Virus record (IMG/VR): IMGVR_UViG_3300032320_001353
Span: 1-52,032 of that record
Source of the DNA: a virus
Lineage: Duplodnaviria > Caudoviricetes
Strand: one strand, 5' to 3'
DNA length: 52,032 nucleotides
Numbering within the stretch: the first letter of the stretch is position 1; the number at the start of each line of letters is the position of its first letter. Of this stretch, positions 9,576 to 18,948 are shown one piece after another. The notes beneath the pieces were generated by a model that saw nothing but the letters and a program-made list of their open reading frames with translations, did no database searches and was not told the origin of the DNA. The translations under genes were made by a program, and so were the position numbers.

Positions 9576-12500
9576 ATGTCACTTGTTAATGATTTTGAAA
9601 GTTTCATTGCTGCTCAACAATCCCAAGCTAAACAACCCGCCTCTCCTTCTATGGGAGATAGGGCAGAAATTACTGCTAATGATTTCGAAACTTTCAGACA
9701 GACAGCTTCCATTTTAAAGCCTGTTGAAGGCGCTGGTGGTGCTGCTTTTGGCGTGTTCAGGAAGCAGGACAAGAAGTCTTTAGACGAAAGACAAGCAAGA
9801 ATATTAGAAGAGAAAGCAAAACAAGAGGAAGGAAAAACTCCTTTTGCTCAGCTTTACCAAGACCCCGACACATTCAAAAAGATTAATGACTATGCTATTG
9901 CTAGGTTTGGTAAGGCAGGCTTGCCTTTGCCAGAAGAATCCAAAGAAGAATATGTAAAGCGTTGGGCTAGTCATATGCGTATGCTGTCCACTGGTAACTT
10001 GATCAGCGGCACACAAGAACTTAGTTATCTAAATAGCGCATCAAGAGCAGACTTGCTCAAGGCAAAGGATGCCTACGACTTGTTTGAAAACACAGCCAAT
10101 GCTTTCTCTCCTCAAGGCCAAAAAGGATTTAGACCTGTCTTAGATGTACTGGGCAGTGTGTTGTCTGACCCCACCACCGCCATCTCTTTAGGCGCTGGCA
10201 CATTGGCTAAGTCTGCTTTCTTGCAGAAGGCTTCACAGCAAGGCTTTAAGGCTGCTCTAGCTAGCAGACTTGGGGCCACTGCTGTCACTGCTGTGCCTGC
10301 TGTTGAGGGCACAGGTGCTGCTGTGTCTAATGTGCTGGAACAGAAAAGAAAAATTACTACTGATGCTGCCCAGTTGGCAGAGATAAAAGATATATTGCCC
10401 ACCCTCAGCCAAGAAGATCAGGCCAAGATTAAGCCTGATGTTGATGCTTTGGAGGCTAAGGTTAATGAGGGAGTGAGTGGTAAAGAGGTGGCCTTGGCTG
10501 GTGCTATTGGCGCTGTTGGTGGCACCTTGGAGACAGGTGCTTTGTTGCTTGCAGGAAGAGCCGCTAAGGGAGCTAAGCCAACCGCTTTGCAAGATGTCTT
10601 AGCAGGCCGTAAAAAGCCCGTAGAGACTGTTTCTCCCAAGGTTGAGGTGAAAGCCACAGACCCCACAGAAAAGGCGCTAGAAGACGCTTATGACATCTTT
10701 GAAGGCAGACGGCTGCTCAACGCTCAAGGAGAACCTACATCTGTTGCTGAGATGCAAATCAGAAATGATGTGAATAAGAAAGCCACAGAGATTGCTGGTG
10801 AGATATGGAGCCGTGTTCCTGACTTGGCACCAGCCGCTGACCAGAAGGTGAGCGATGCTGTTAAGAATGTTTTCTTGAACATCGACAAGATTGACAATGT
10901 TGTATTGGAAGATGCCTTGGCTAAGGCTGGTGTGACAGCAGAAGAGTTTGCCAGAATGAACAGGACAACAGCAGGTGATGCTGGTCGTACCTTGCAGGCT
11001 TATTCAGTGTTGGCTCGTATTCAAAACAAACTAAAGAGCATTGACCCAGCAGCAGCCAAAGAAGTTGACTTGATGTATGGAGATAGGAATGCTCTCACAT
11101 CAGCCTTCACTGGCCTAAAAGACTTGGGCATGCGTGTGGACAGAGAGCTTAAAGCTTTGATGGTGTCACAGCTTGCCACAACCATTCGTAACGGCTTCTC
11201 TGGCGCTGCTGTAGTGACCTTAGGCACAGCCTCAGAGGCCATTGAATCTGCTTTGTACAGGGCTGGTAAGACAGCCTATGAGCTGGGCAGTGGTAAGCCT
11301 TTGACAGGCAGTTTCACTGGCGGTGTTAAGGGTGTGTATGAGGATGCTGTCAGAACAGCCTTCTATCTGGGACAGAAAGACTTGTCCTCAGATGTTACAG
11401 AAGCTTTGCTTGCTGGTTCACCTGCACTGAGAAGCCGCATCCTGCGTACAGCAGGTGAGGCAGGAGTAAATGAATTGTCTAAGGTGGCTCAGATTGCTAA
11501 CACATTCAATGTGGCCCAAGACGCTTTCTTTCGCAAAGCCATCTTCACTTCCTCTGTTGAGAAACAACTCAGCCGTGTCGGCATAGACATGTATGATGTA
11601 CTGGCACAGGGAAAGAATGTGCCGTTTGATGTATTGAAAAATGCTACAGATGAAGCACTTGCTGCTACATTCAGCAAGATGCCCACCAAAGGGCCAATGT
11701 TCCATGCTGTTAAGTTTGTGGAAGAGCTTGGCCCAATTGGCTCCACTGTCATTCCCTTCCCTCGCTTTATGGCTAATGCCATGACATGGACATACAAGCA
11801 CAGCCCTATGGGCATGTTGTCTGGATCTGCTGATGTTACCAAGGGTGCCACCATGTTGGCTAAGGGTGATGAGACAGGACAGAGATATTTGACACAAGGC
11901 TTGGAGAATGTTTCCAAGGGTGCTGTAGGCACTGCTGCCATCTATGCTGCCTATAAATATCGTGAAGAAAACCAAGACACCTCTTGGTATGATATTAAGA
12001 ACCCAGATGGTAGCTTAGTGGATGCTAGGGCTTTGTTCCCTATGGCTCCCTTCCTAGCCCTTGGTGACTACCTTGTTAAATTTAACAAAGGTAGAACAGA
12101 TGAGTTTAAAACAAAAGAATTCTTAGAAGCAATGACAGGATTTAAAGCCCCTGCTGGAACCTACTCTTGGTTGGGAGATAAGTTTTCTGAATCACTGTCT
12201 AACATGCAGACAGGCGAAGGTAGTGCTGATAAGAAAATATCTACATTCTTTGGTGAGTGGGCTGGTGAATATTTCGGTAGAGCACTTGTTCCAGCGCAAC
12301 AACTTAGTGACATCATTGGTGCCATCGATAGAGATGAGACATTACCCAGAGATGCCTATCAAATTCCTGCTGGTGAAGAAGGCTTCTTATCTTCTGCTCA
12401 ACAGCAGTTGATGAAGCGCACTCCTGTTGTTAAGCAACAGCTTCCTGAATTTCAGCCAGCTACCAGAGAGCAAGCAGCTTTCAATGACTCTGGCCCGTTG

Positions 12501-15293
12501 AAGATGTTCACTGGTATCACCATCAAACAAACTCCAACAATATTGGAAGAAGAAATCACACGGCTTAAGGTGCCTAATAATAAAATCTTTACCTCCACTG
12601 GGGATAAGATTGTGGATGCCAATGCTCGTAAGATTATGGCTCCTTTGCTCATACAAACATTTGATGTTGTTAGAGACACTGACTTCTATAGACAAGCTGG
12701 TCAAGACACACAGAAAATTGTTATGCAAAATCTACTTGGCTGGGTGCAGAAGAATGCTAAAGACATTGCTGTTAAAACATCAGAGGCTGAGGCTTTTGCA
12801 CAAGGCAAACAAGCTCGTTTATTTGAGGTGAAGTATAGTGCTCTGGCACCAGAGGTTAAGAGAGCCACTGCTGAGTTTTATAAACAGAACATGAAGCAAG
12901 ACTTAGCTGAGACAAAAGACTATGTGTCAGCCCTTGCCATTGCTGCTGCCTTGAAGAAACAACCGGGGTTTGCCACTGGTGGTCTTCTTGCTTCTAAAGT
13001 TGCTGGTGAGGTGGTGGGCACAACCCTCAAGAAGTCTGCTAGTGAATTGCTTCAAGAAGCCAAGGCATTAGCGGCTAAGAATGTGCCCACTACAGAGGCT
13101 GTGACTCCTGCTGTTCAGCAAACTAAAACCATGCTAGCAGCACCAGCCAAGAAGGCTGCTCCTCAGCTAGTAACAGAAGCTGCTCCTACACCAGTGGCTC
13201 CTGCTGTTGCTGAGCCTGCTCCAAGCTTCTTAGAAGCCACCAAAGATTATTCCTTTGACCAGATGAACCAAGCTGAGTCTTTGTTAAAGACACAGATGGG
13301 GTCGCAATATCAGTTGGATAAATATAAAGCTGACTTCCCACAAGAATATCAAAATAGTTTGTTGGCTAAGATGAAGGAGCTTTCTACAGAAACAAAGCCT
13401 GCTCCTGATTTACCAACTACAACAGTAGCAGAAGAACTTCCTCCCACACCAACAAAAATAAAACAAGGTAGTGTGTTTGACACTGTGTATGAATTACATA
13501 ACCAATATATATTGGGAGACAAAGAGAGAAATAAGCTCTTTAATAAAGTTAGTAAAGAAGCAGATTTAAACACCATTGCTGGTAGAAAAAAGGGAGAGCT
13601 AAGAGAAGATTTTATTAATAGAAGAAAAGAAACTATAGCTGCTATAAAAGATATAAGGGTTGAAGCGTTCAATGCATTAAAGCAGCTTCCTGAAATGGGA
13701 TCTATTAGTGACGATGCTATAGCTGTTGCTCAAGGCGACTATAGAATGATGAAGAAGAGGGAGGTGGATTTAACCAACCCTGCTGACATCAATGAGTTTG
13801 CTTCGTTTGCTGCTAACTATCAGAAGAGACTTGATGCTTTGAGGGAGAAGTATAAAGATCGCCCACCTGAGCGACTATATCACGGCACCACTACAGAAAG
13901 AACACCAGCTAAAATTGCTAGAGGATTCTTTGACCCTCAGACAAAACAAAATAAGGAACATGCGGAACTTAATGTGGGTGCCACTTCTTTCACCAGAGAT
14001 CTGCGGTTAAATTATTACAGTCCAGAATTTGGTGGTAAGAATGTTAAGAACATATCATACACTGATATACCATATGCTGATTACTTATTTAGAAGAGTGG
14101 ACATGCCGTTGTCTGCTTATGAAAAAGAATTAGGAAAAGATTTTAATTATATGGCCCAAGCAATTACAGGTTCTCCTGACATAGCTAGGCCACTTGGACT
14201 GCCTCGCTCTTTAATTTTTAGGGAAACAGAAGATGCTTTTCTTGAGTCTGAAAAATTAAAAATGAAAACAGACACTAAGTTTAAAGACGCAAACGAAGAT
14301 CTTCAATCTTTTTTAAAAGGGACTAAGCCTGAAGAGACAAGCATACAGAGAAAATATGCAGTTATTGAGAGTGAAAAAAGAAAGCAAAGCTTATATATAA
14401 ATAATATAAGTCAAAAATTATTTGAGATAGATAAGAAACAAACTAAAACACCAAGTGATGTTTATTCTGTCTATCAAGAAATAAAAAGATTATTTAAAAA
14501 TGAGTTTAGACACACAGGAACAGAGAACACAATAAAGCAAGGTGGGCTTGGTAGTTTTAAAAGCAGTCAGACAACAGATAGAAGATTGGAAGAGCTTGTT
14601 AAAGACAAAGATATTACTTATAGTATTGACACAGTAAAAAAATATCTTAAAGAAGTAGGCTCTGATGAGAAGGCTGAAGTGTTAGACGAACTATCAAAAA
14701 ATTTAAAGGTGTTGAAGAAAGTAAAAGATGTGGATGCTCCTATAAAAGAGCAAGAACAATTACTTAAAGAAAGAACCGAAGCTGTCAATGCTGTCAGAAG
14801 ACTTGTTGGTGGTGAAGAGCGTGTGCCTAAGAAGCTTGAAGGAGCCGAAGGCCCAGCTTCACAATATCCAAAGAATGTTAAACGATTGGGCTTGGCTAAG
14901 GGTGGGCTAGGTTTGAAAAGACAAAGCAGCGAAGAAGGCTTAGCACCTTATGGCTTTAGAAACAGTGGAGAAGGTGTCAAAGGTAAGGGATACTTTGGTG
15001 AGCTTACCACAAAGGAAGGGGAAGTGGCTACAGAACTTTCATCTGAATTTGAATATAAAGGAAAGACAGTAGAGCATCCTCTGCTTGTGCCAACATTAAC
15101 TAAAGATGAGGTTGATCATCTATTGGCTGGTAAAGAACCAACAGCAAAGATCTATGACAAGGCTGAGGGCTGGGCTAAGCAACGCTTAGAGCAAGGGAAG
15201 AGTCCCTTTGCTGCACCAGATGAATTGAGAATGCCTGCACCAGATAAAGAAACTAAATATAAAAGAGGTGGGTTGGCTAGAAGGAAGATGTGA
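9576..15293 (+). CDS. Large internal virion (ejection) protein with C-terminal accessory domains
   Basis: 1905 aa, last gene of the arm. FATGG (aa 1132), LYHGT (aa 1434), LAKGG (aa 1773) and YKRGG (aa 1895). Confidence 0.75.
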   Translation: MSLVNDFESFIAAQQSQAKQPASPSMGDRAEITANDFETFRQTASILKPVEGAGGAAFGVFRKQDKKSLDERQARILEEKAKQEEGKTPFAQLYQDPDTFKKINDYAIARFGKAGLPLPEESKEEYVKRWASHMRMLSTGNLISGTQELSYLNSASRADLLKAKDAYDLFENTANAFSPQGQKGFRPVLDVLGSVLSDPTTAISLGAGTLAKSAFLQKASQQGFKAALASRLGATAVTAVPAVEGTGAAVSNVLEQKRKITTDAAQLAEIKDILPTLSQEDQAKIKPDVDALEAKVNEGVSGKEVALAGAIGAVGGTLETGALLLAGRAAKGAKPTALQDVLAGRKKPVETVSPKVEVKATDPTEKALEDAYDIFEGRRLLNAQGEPTSVAEMQIRNDVNKKATEIAGEIWSRVPDLAPAADQKVSDAVKNVFLNIDKIDNVVLEDALAKAGVTAEEFARMNRTTAGDAGRTLQAYSVLARIQNKLKSIDPAAAKEVDLMYGDRNALTSAFTGLKDLGMRVDRELKALMVSQLATTIRNGFSGAAVVTLGTASEAIESALYRAGKTAYELGSGKPLTGSFTGGVKGVYEDAVRTAFYLGQKDLSSDVTEALLAGSPALRSRILRTAGEAGVNELSKVAQIANTFNVAQDAFFRKAIFTSSVEKQLSRVGIDMYDVLAQGKNVPFDVLKNATDEALAATFSKMPTKGPMFHAVKFVEELGPIGSTVIPFPRFMANAMTWTYKHSPMGMLSGSADVTKGATMLAKGDETGQRYLTQGLENVSKGAVGTAAIYAAYKYREENQDTSWYDIKNPDGSLVDARALFPMAPFLALGDYLVKFNKGRTDEFKTKEFLEAMTGFKAPAGTYSWLGDKFSESLSNMQTGEGSADKKISTFFGEWAGEYFGRALVPAQQLSDIIGAIDRDETLPRDAYQIPAGEEGFLSSAQQQLMKRTPVVKQQLPEFQPATREQAAFNDSGPLKMFTGITIKQTPTILEEEITRLKVPNNKIFTSTGDKIVDANARKIMAPLLIQTFDVVRDTDFYRQAGQDTQKIVMQNLLGWVQKNAKDIAVKTSEAEAFAQGKQARLFEVKYSALAPEVKRATAEFYKQNMKQDLAETKDYVSALAIAAALKKQPGFATGGLLASKVAGEVVGTTLKKSASELLQEAKALAAKNVPTTEAVTPAVQQTKTMLAAPAKKAAPQLVTEAAPTPVAPAVAEPAPSFLEATKDYSFDQMNQAESLLKTQMGSQYQLDKYKADFPQEYQNSLLAKMKELSTETKPAPDLPTTTVAEELPPTPTKIKQGSVFDTVYELHNQYILGDKERNKLFNKVSKEADLNTIAGRKKGELREDFINRRKETIAAIKDIRVEAFNALKQLPEMGSISDDAIAVAQGDYRMMKKREVDLTNPADINEFASFAANYQKRLDALREKYKDRPPERLYHGTTTERTPAKIARGFFDPQTKQNKEHAELNVGATSFTRDLRLNYYSPEFGGKNVKNISYTDIPYADYLFRRVDMPLSAYEKELGKDFNYMAQAITGSPDIARPLGLPRSLIFRETEDAFLESEKLKMKTDTKFKDANEDLQSFLKGTKPEETSIQRKYAVIESEKRKQSLYINNISQKLFEIDKKQTKTPSDVYSVYQEIKRLFKNEFRHTGTENTIKQGGLGSFKSSQTTDRRLEELVKDKDITYSIDTVKKYLKEVGSDEKAEVLDELSKNLKVLKKVKDVDAPIKEQEQLLKERTEAVNAVRRLVGGEERVPKKLEGAEGPASQYPKNVKRLGLAKGGLGLKRQSSEEGLAPYGFRNSGEGVKGKGYFGELTTKEGEVATELSSEFEYKGKTVEHPLLVPTLTKDEVDHLLAGKEPTAKIYDKAEGWAKQRLEQGKSPFAAPDELRMPAPDKETKYKRGGLARRKM

Positions 15294-15296
15294 ATG

Positions 15297-15370
15297 TGGT
15301 GCTCCGTGACAGAATCGAACTGCCGATAGATGATTACAAATCAACTGTTATGCCACTTAACTAACAGAGC
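15297..15370 (-). tRNA. tRNA-Thr(TGT)
   Basis: Acceptor GCTCTGT/ACGGAGC + A-CCA; anticodon loop TT-TGT-AA (one mismatch in the stem); T-arm GGCAG-TTCGATT-CTGTC. Confidence 0.92.
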
Positions 15371-15379
15371 TTGATGAGT

Positions 15380-15522
15380 TGTTGGCGAACCAGTTGTCAT
15401 CTGGTTTGGGGCGTTTACGGGTTACGCTCCTGTGCCCGACAGGTGTTTGACTAAGACCTCGACACCAACACGGCTGGGGACTAATCGTGGATGAACCCAC
15501 ATTGTTGTCAATCCCCATGCGT
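15380..15522 (-). ncRNA. Candidate structured RNA between the two tRNAs
   Basis: Stems TGGGGATT/AGTCCCCA, GTGG/CCAC, TGTTGGTG/CGCCAACA and AACCAG/CTGGTT. Confidence 0.55.
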
Positions 15523-15524
15523 CT

Positions 15525-15599
15525 TGGAGGGGCATACAGGAATCGAACCTGTATTGAGGGTTTAGAAGACCCTTGCATTCTCCATTATACTAATGCCCC
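15525..15599 (-). tRNA. tRNA-Arg(TCT)
   Basis: Acceptor GGGGCAT/ATGCCCC + T-CCA; anticodon arm AGGGT-CTTCTAA-ACCCT; T-arm ACAGG-TTCGATT-CCTGT. Confidence 0.95.
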
Positions 15600-15772
15600 T
15601 TTTTAACCAAGTCAAGGTTGTCAAAGTAGGCTCTATCAAACCCCCTCTGCCATTCCTTGCCCATCATAGAGGATGGATTATACTGGTTAGACAGCCATCC
15701 ATTGATGAATGCCTTGTATCCCTGCTCAAATTGGATACGCAAAGGAGCATGGCGTTCTTGTTTGATGTTCAT
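15590..15772 (-). CDS. Small protein, Rmf-like motif pattern
   Basis: FEQGYKAF...NQY...EWQRGF spacing resembles ribosome modulation factor; the ATG at 15772 overlaps the upstream stop. Confidence 0.55.
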   Translation of the reverse strand: MNIKQERHAPLRIQFEQGYKAFINGWLSNQYNPSSMMGKEWQRGFDRAYFDNLDLVKKGH

Positions 15773-16245
15773 GGATATTCCTTCAACTGAGATATTTTGA
15801 TATTCCAACAATCAGACTTTACCACATAGCCATTGGATGGGTCAATGGTGCCCTTCTGCATAAACACAGCATCTTGCAAATACTGTTGCTTGTCATACAC
15901 ACCTAAATACCACCCCACTGAGAAGTCATTCTTCACCCTAACAAAGCAATAGTAGTCACAGTCTTGCTTTGTATTGAGGTCTGCAATGGAGCAGTCATAT
16001 GTTTCCAAAGGCACATAGCCTGTCTGCTTTGTCTTCACATCTATCAAGCTTCCTGATGGGTGTATCAGGTCGTAGTCGTATGTGTTGAACAGAGTACCAC
16101 CCAACACCTGCTGAGCAATGGCTTCACCAATGAAGCCAGCAATGTTGCCAGCCCCTCTAGTTATACTATTATATAACTGCCCCATTTCAACAGCTTTGTC
16201 TCTTGCTTCAACAAGCATCTCTGGTGTTATGACAAGTTCTTTCAC
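15769..16245 (-). CDS. Hypothetical protein, PD-(D/E)xK nuclease-like
   Basis: GE...YDYDL...IDVKTK pattern. Confidence 0.6.
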   Translation of the reverse strand: MKELVITPEMLVEARDKAVEMGQLYNSITRGAGNIAGFIGEAIAQQVLGGTLFNTYDYDLIHPSGSLIDVKTKQTGYVPLETYDCSIADLNTKQDCDYYCFVRVKNDFSVGWYLGVYDKQQYLQDAVFMQKGTIDPSNGYVVKSDCWNIKISQLKEYP

Positions 16246-16424
16246 AGGCTATCTCCAATCTCTATAAAATCCACAGACATATTCCACATGTGTGGATATA
16301 CAGATTGTTTCTTCAACCATTCAAAGAATTTATCTTGAGCCTCTCCAATGGATGAGGCGCTAATATGCACCTGTCCTTTGAAGAGGTTGCGTTCACTTGA
16401 GTAAGTGGCGACAAAGTTTCTCAT
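16242..16424 (-). CDS. Hypothetical protein
   Basis: MRNFVATYS start 1 nt after the RNR stop; overlaps the next start. Confidence 0.6.
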   Translation of the reverse strand: MRNFVATYSSERNLFKGQVHISASSIGEAQDKFFEWLKKQSVYPHMWNMSVDFIEIGDSL

Positions 16425-16425
16425 G

Positions 16426-18360
16426 TTAGCGAACTGGGCAAGCACCAGTGGCACAGTCATCATCAAGCCCAATGTTAGCTTCATCAATGGATGTGATGAG
16501 TTTGGTGCTAGCCACTAGAGCATTGTATTGCTCCTCTGTAATTTCTTCCAGCGGTGCCTGACGAAAGCCATGCTCTGAGTGCAGCAAGAAGGACAGGCTC
16601 TTGTGGTTGTTCTTGTAATGCTTCTTCAAATATTTTCTAATCTCAGGCAACTCTTCCTTGCGATAGTAGACAGTGCAGGACACACTGTTATCGCTCCAAG
16701 TTTCCTGCAACCACTTCACTGTTTCCAGTTGTTGAAGGGCTGTCATATCCTTAGCCAGCACAGCATGATCAGGATGTCGGAAGGGGAACGACACAACCAT
16801 AGTGGAGTGGTCTTCACTACCATCAAAGTTGCGCTGATATTCCACAGGATATCCACTGTCTCTGCACACATTAACCAATGAATGGTTGGATGCAATGCGG
16901 ATGCGTCTAATCATAAACCTAGCATAGGCTGGGTGGCATCCCGGTGTCACTCCCGGCAGCAACGACAGGGTGCCAGAGGGCTTCACAGTGGTGAGCTTCA
17001 CTGATGTGTTGAAGCCATGCTCTTTGCTGTATTGCTTGTCAAAGGAGCGAAGCTTTGTGTATGTCTCATCAAGCCAAGACTTCTGCTCTTCTGTTGCTTG
17101 CAACACACCAGTGATGCCAATGCCCATACGCATGTTTGAATGGACAATGGCTTCTGTCTGCTCTAGGTGGCAGGGCAAAGCAAGGCTGTGCTTATTAATG
17201 CGATAGAGCAGGGTGGCAATGTCAATAAATTCTTCTTGACTTGCGATGTTAGGCAGATAGATTTCTGCCAAGCAGCAGGTTTCTTTATCAGCCAAGCTCT
17301 GCTCAGCACAGGGGTTGTAGCCCTGCACCAATGGATCAGGATATTCTGTCTCACCCAAGCGTCCCACCTTGCGAGACAGCCTCAAATTGATGAGGCCATA
17401 AGGCTCTCCCTTGCCTTCATAGCCATCCCAGAAGAATTCATGCAAGTCATTGATGTCATCACAGACAACACTGTTGTTTGACATGGCTCTCCATGAAGGG
17501 ATGTTGCCCATGTCCCAGCGTTTAGCCAACAGATATTCAACATCATCAGCGTCACCAATGGCAATCTGGGCAGAGCGTCTTACATTACCAGCCACCACAA
17601 TGGAACCAATGATGTTCATAATGTCGAGGCAGTCAATAGGGCGAAGCTGCTTGCCTGCTCTCTTCTCCAGCACAGTGGAGATGCTGGTGATGCCATTGCA
17701 CAGATCTTCTGGGCCGCTGGCAGTGCCACCAAAGCCCTTGATGGGGGCACCCTTACCCCGCACAAGCTGAGCACCATAGGTGAAGGTGGCAGCTTTCTCG
17801 CTGTCGCTCAGAAGAGCCGCTTTAAGAGTTTTACCAAGGAGTTTGACCCATCCCTCACGGCTATCAGGGACAATGAAGTCAGCGTCACTAGCATCAGTGC
17901 GGGTAGGGCAACGAAAATGTACATTAACAGGAGGAAGTTTCTCAACATTTTTTCTCTGGATGTTATAGCCTACACCACTACCAAGCATCAACAAATCCAT
18001 AGCCCAAGTGAAAGGCTCAATGGGTTTATCAATCACAGTGAAGGCACAATTCTGTAGACTAGCTAGACCAAGCCTGTCAACAGTGGGGGTGCCAAGCTGC
18101 CACAGAAACCTGCCAGCAACAATGCCCTTTAAACCCAGCAGATAGCCCCGTAGGCGATCTTGTTCTGCTGAGGTGAAGCCACACCCTAGCTGGTTGTTAG
18201 TGGCTTCTACAACCCGATTAACAGTGTCTTCAAATTCTTCTGTTGGGCTGTTGATGTCAGTCTCATTTAAGCGCCTAGCATAAGTCCTCTTCATCGTGAT
18301 ATACCCAATGGTTGACCAAGGGGTAATTACCGATTTTTTCTTTTTGTTGGTATTGTCCAT
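16426..18360 (-). CDS. nrdJ: Class II (adenosylcobalamin-dependent) ribonucleotide reductase, monomeric RTPR type
   Basis: GRFLW, LQNCAF, VAGNVRRSA, NPCAEQ, TVKPSGT and C-terminal CATGAC; no beta-subunit gene present. Confidence 0.92.
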   Translation of the reverse strand: MDNTNKKKKSVITPWSTIGYITMKRTYARRLNETDINSPTEEFEDTVNRVVEATNNQLGCGFTSAEQDRLRGYLLGLKGIVAGRFLWQLGTPTVDRLGLASLQNCAFTVIDKPIEPFTWAMDLLMLGSGVGYNIQRKNVEKLPPVNVHFRCPTRTDASDADFIVPDSREGWVKLLGKTLKAALLSDSEKAATFTYGAQLVRGKGAPIKGFGGTASGPEDLCNGITSISTVLEKRAGKQLRPIDCLDIMNIIGSIVVAGNVRRSAQIAIGDADDVEYLLAKRWDMGNIPSWRAMSNNSVVCDDINDLHEFFWDGYEGKGEPYGLINLRLSRKVGRLGETEYPDPLVQGYNPCAEQSLADKETCCLAEIYLPNIASQEEFIDIATLLYRINKHSLALPCHLEQTEAIVHSNMRMGIGITGVLQATEEQKSWLDETYTKLRSFDKQYSKEHGFNTSVKLTTVKPSGTLSLLPGVTPGCHPAYARFMIRRIRIASNHSLVNVCRDSGYPVEYQRNFDGSEDHSTMVVSFPFRHPDHAVLAKDMTALQQLETVKWLQETWSDNSVSCTVYYRKEELPEIRKYLKKHYKNNHKSLSFLLHSEHGFRQAPLEEITEEQYNALVASTKLITSIDEANIGLDDDCATGACPVR

Positions 18361-18836
18361 TTACTTAGTAGTCCTTTTTTGTTAATAGAAGTTAAACCCT
18401 CAATCAATTCCACTTTAGCAATATATGGAATATCACTAAGAATGTTATTGCACTTTTCACAGCAGGGAACAACATTGTTTAATGTATATCCCAATCCACT
18501 ATCCTTTCTGTCTAATCCATTACTTTCCTCTACACAACAATAATGACAAGGTTGCATCATTAAAAATAAAGCATCTTCTTTACATATCAGTTCTAAACTT
18601 TTATGTTTTGATTTATCAGTATGTCTATATGCCTTATATTTAATATCTATTTTGTGAGAATAGTAATATTCTCTATGATAATCCTTATCTGGCTTTCGTC
18701 CAGATAATATTTCTTTATCATATTTACATGAATAACAGTGAGGCCTAAAATAAAGAGAGCCATCTGCTCTTTTTTTAGCGGGAAAGCTAGCTAGTTTTTT
18801 ATTTTGATTACAACTAGAACATTGTTTGGTTTCCAT
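18327..18836 (-). CDS. HNH homing endonuclease (free-standing)
   Basis: CxxC pairs, CHYC...GLDRKDS..GYTLNNVVPCCEKCN; markedly AT-rich; has its own promoter. Confidence 0.85.
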   Translation of the reverse strand: METKQCSSCNQNKKLASFPAKKRADGSLYFRPHCYSCKYDKEILSGRKPDKDYHREYYYSHKIDIKYKAYRHTDKSKHKSLELICKEDALFLMMQPCHYCCVEESNGLDRKDSGLGYTLNNVVPCCEKCNNILSDIPYIAKVELIEGLTSINKKGLLSKWTIPTKRKNR

Positions 18837-18855
18837 AGAATTCCTTTATATATTA

Positions 18856-18884
18856 GTTATATACATGTTCGTTTGAATTGTCAA
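18856..18884 (-). promoter_or_regulatory. Sigma70-type promoter for the HNH/nrdJ genes
   Basis: TTGACA-N17-TATAAC, then an AAGGA SD. Confidence 0.7.
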
Positions 18885-18948
18885 TAACCAATAATATATT
18901 GGGGAAAAGAGCAGAAAGCTCCAGAGGGGGATCAGTTATACCAAAAAC

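Noticed and set aside
18885-18948. Cobalamin riboswitch upstream of nrdJ
   Set aside because: The region is too short and no B12-box consensus is visible.
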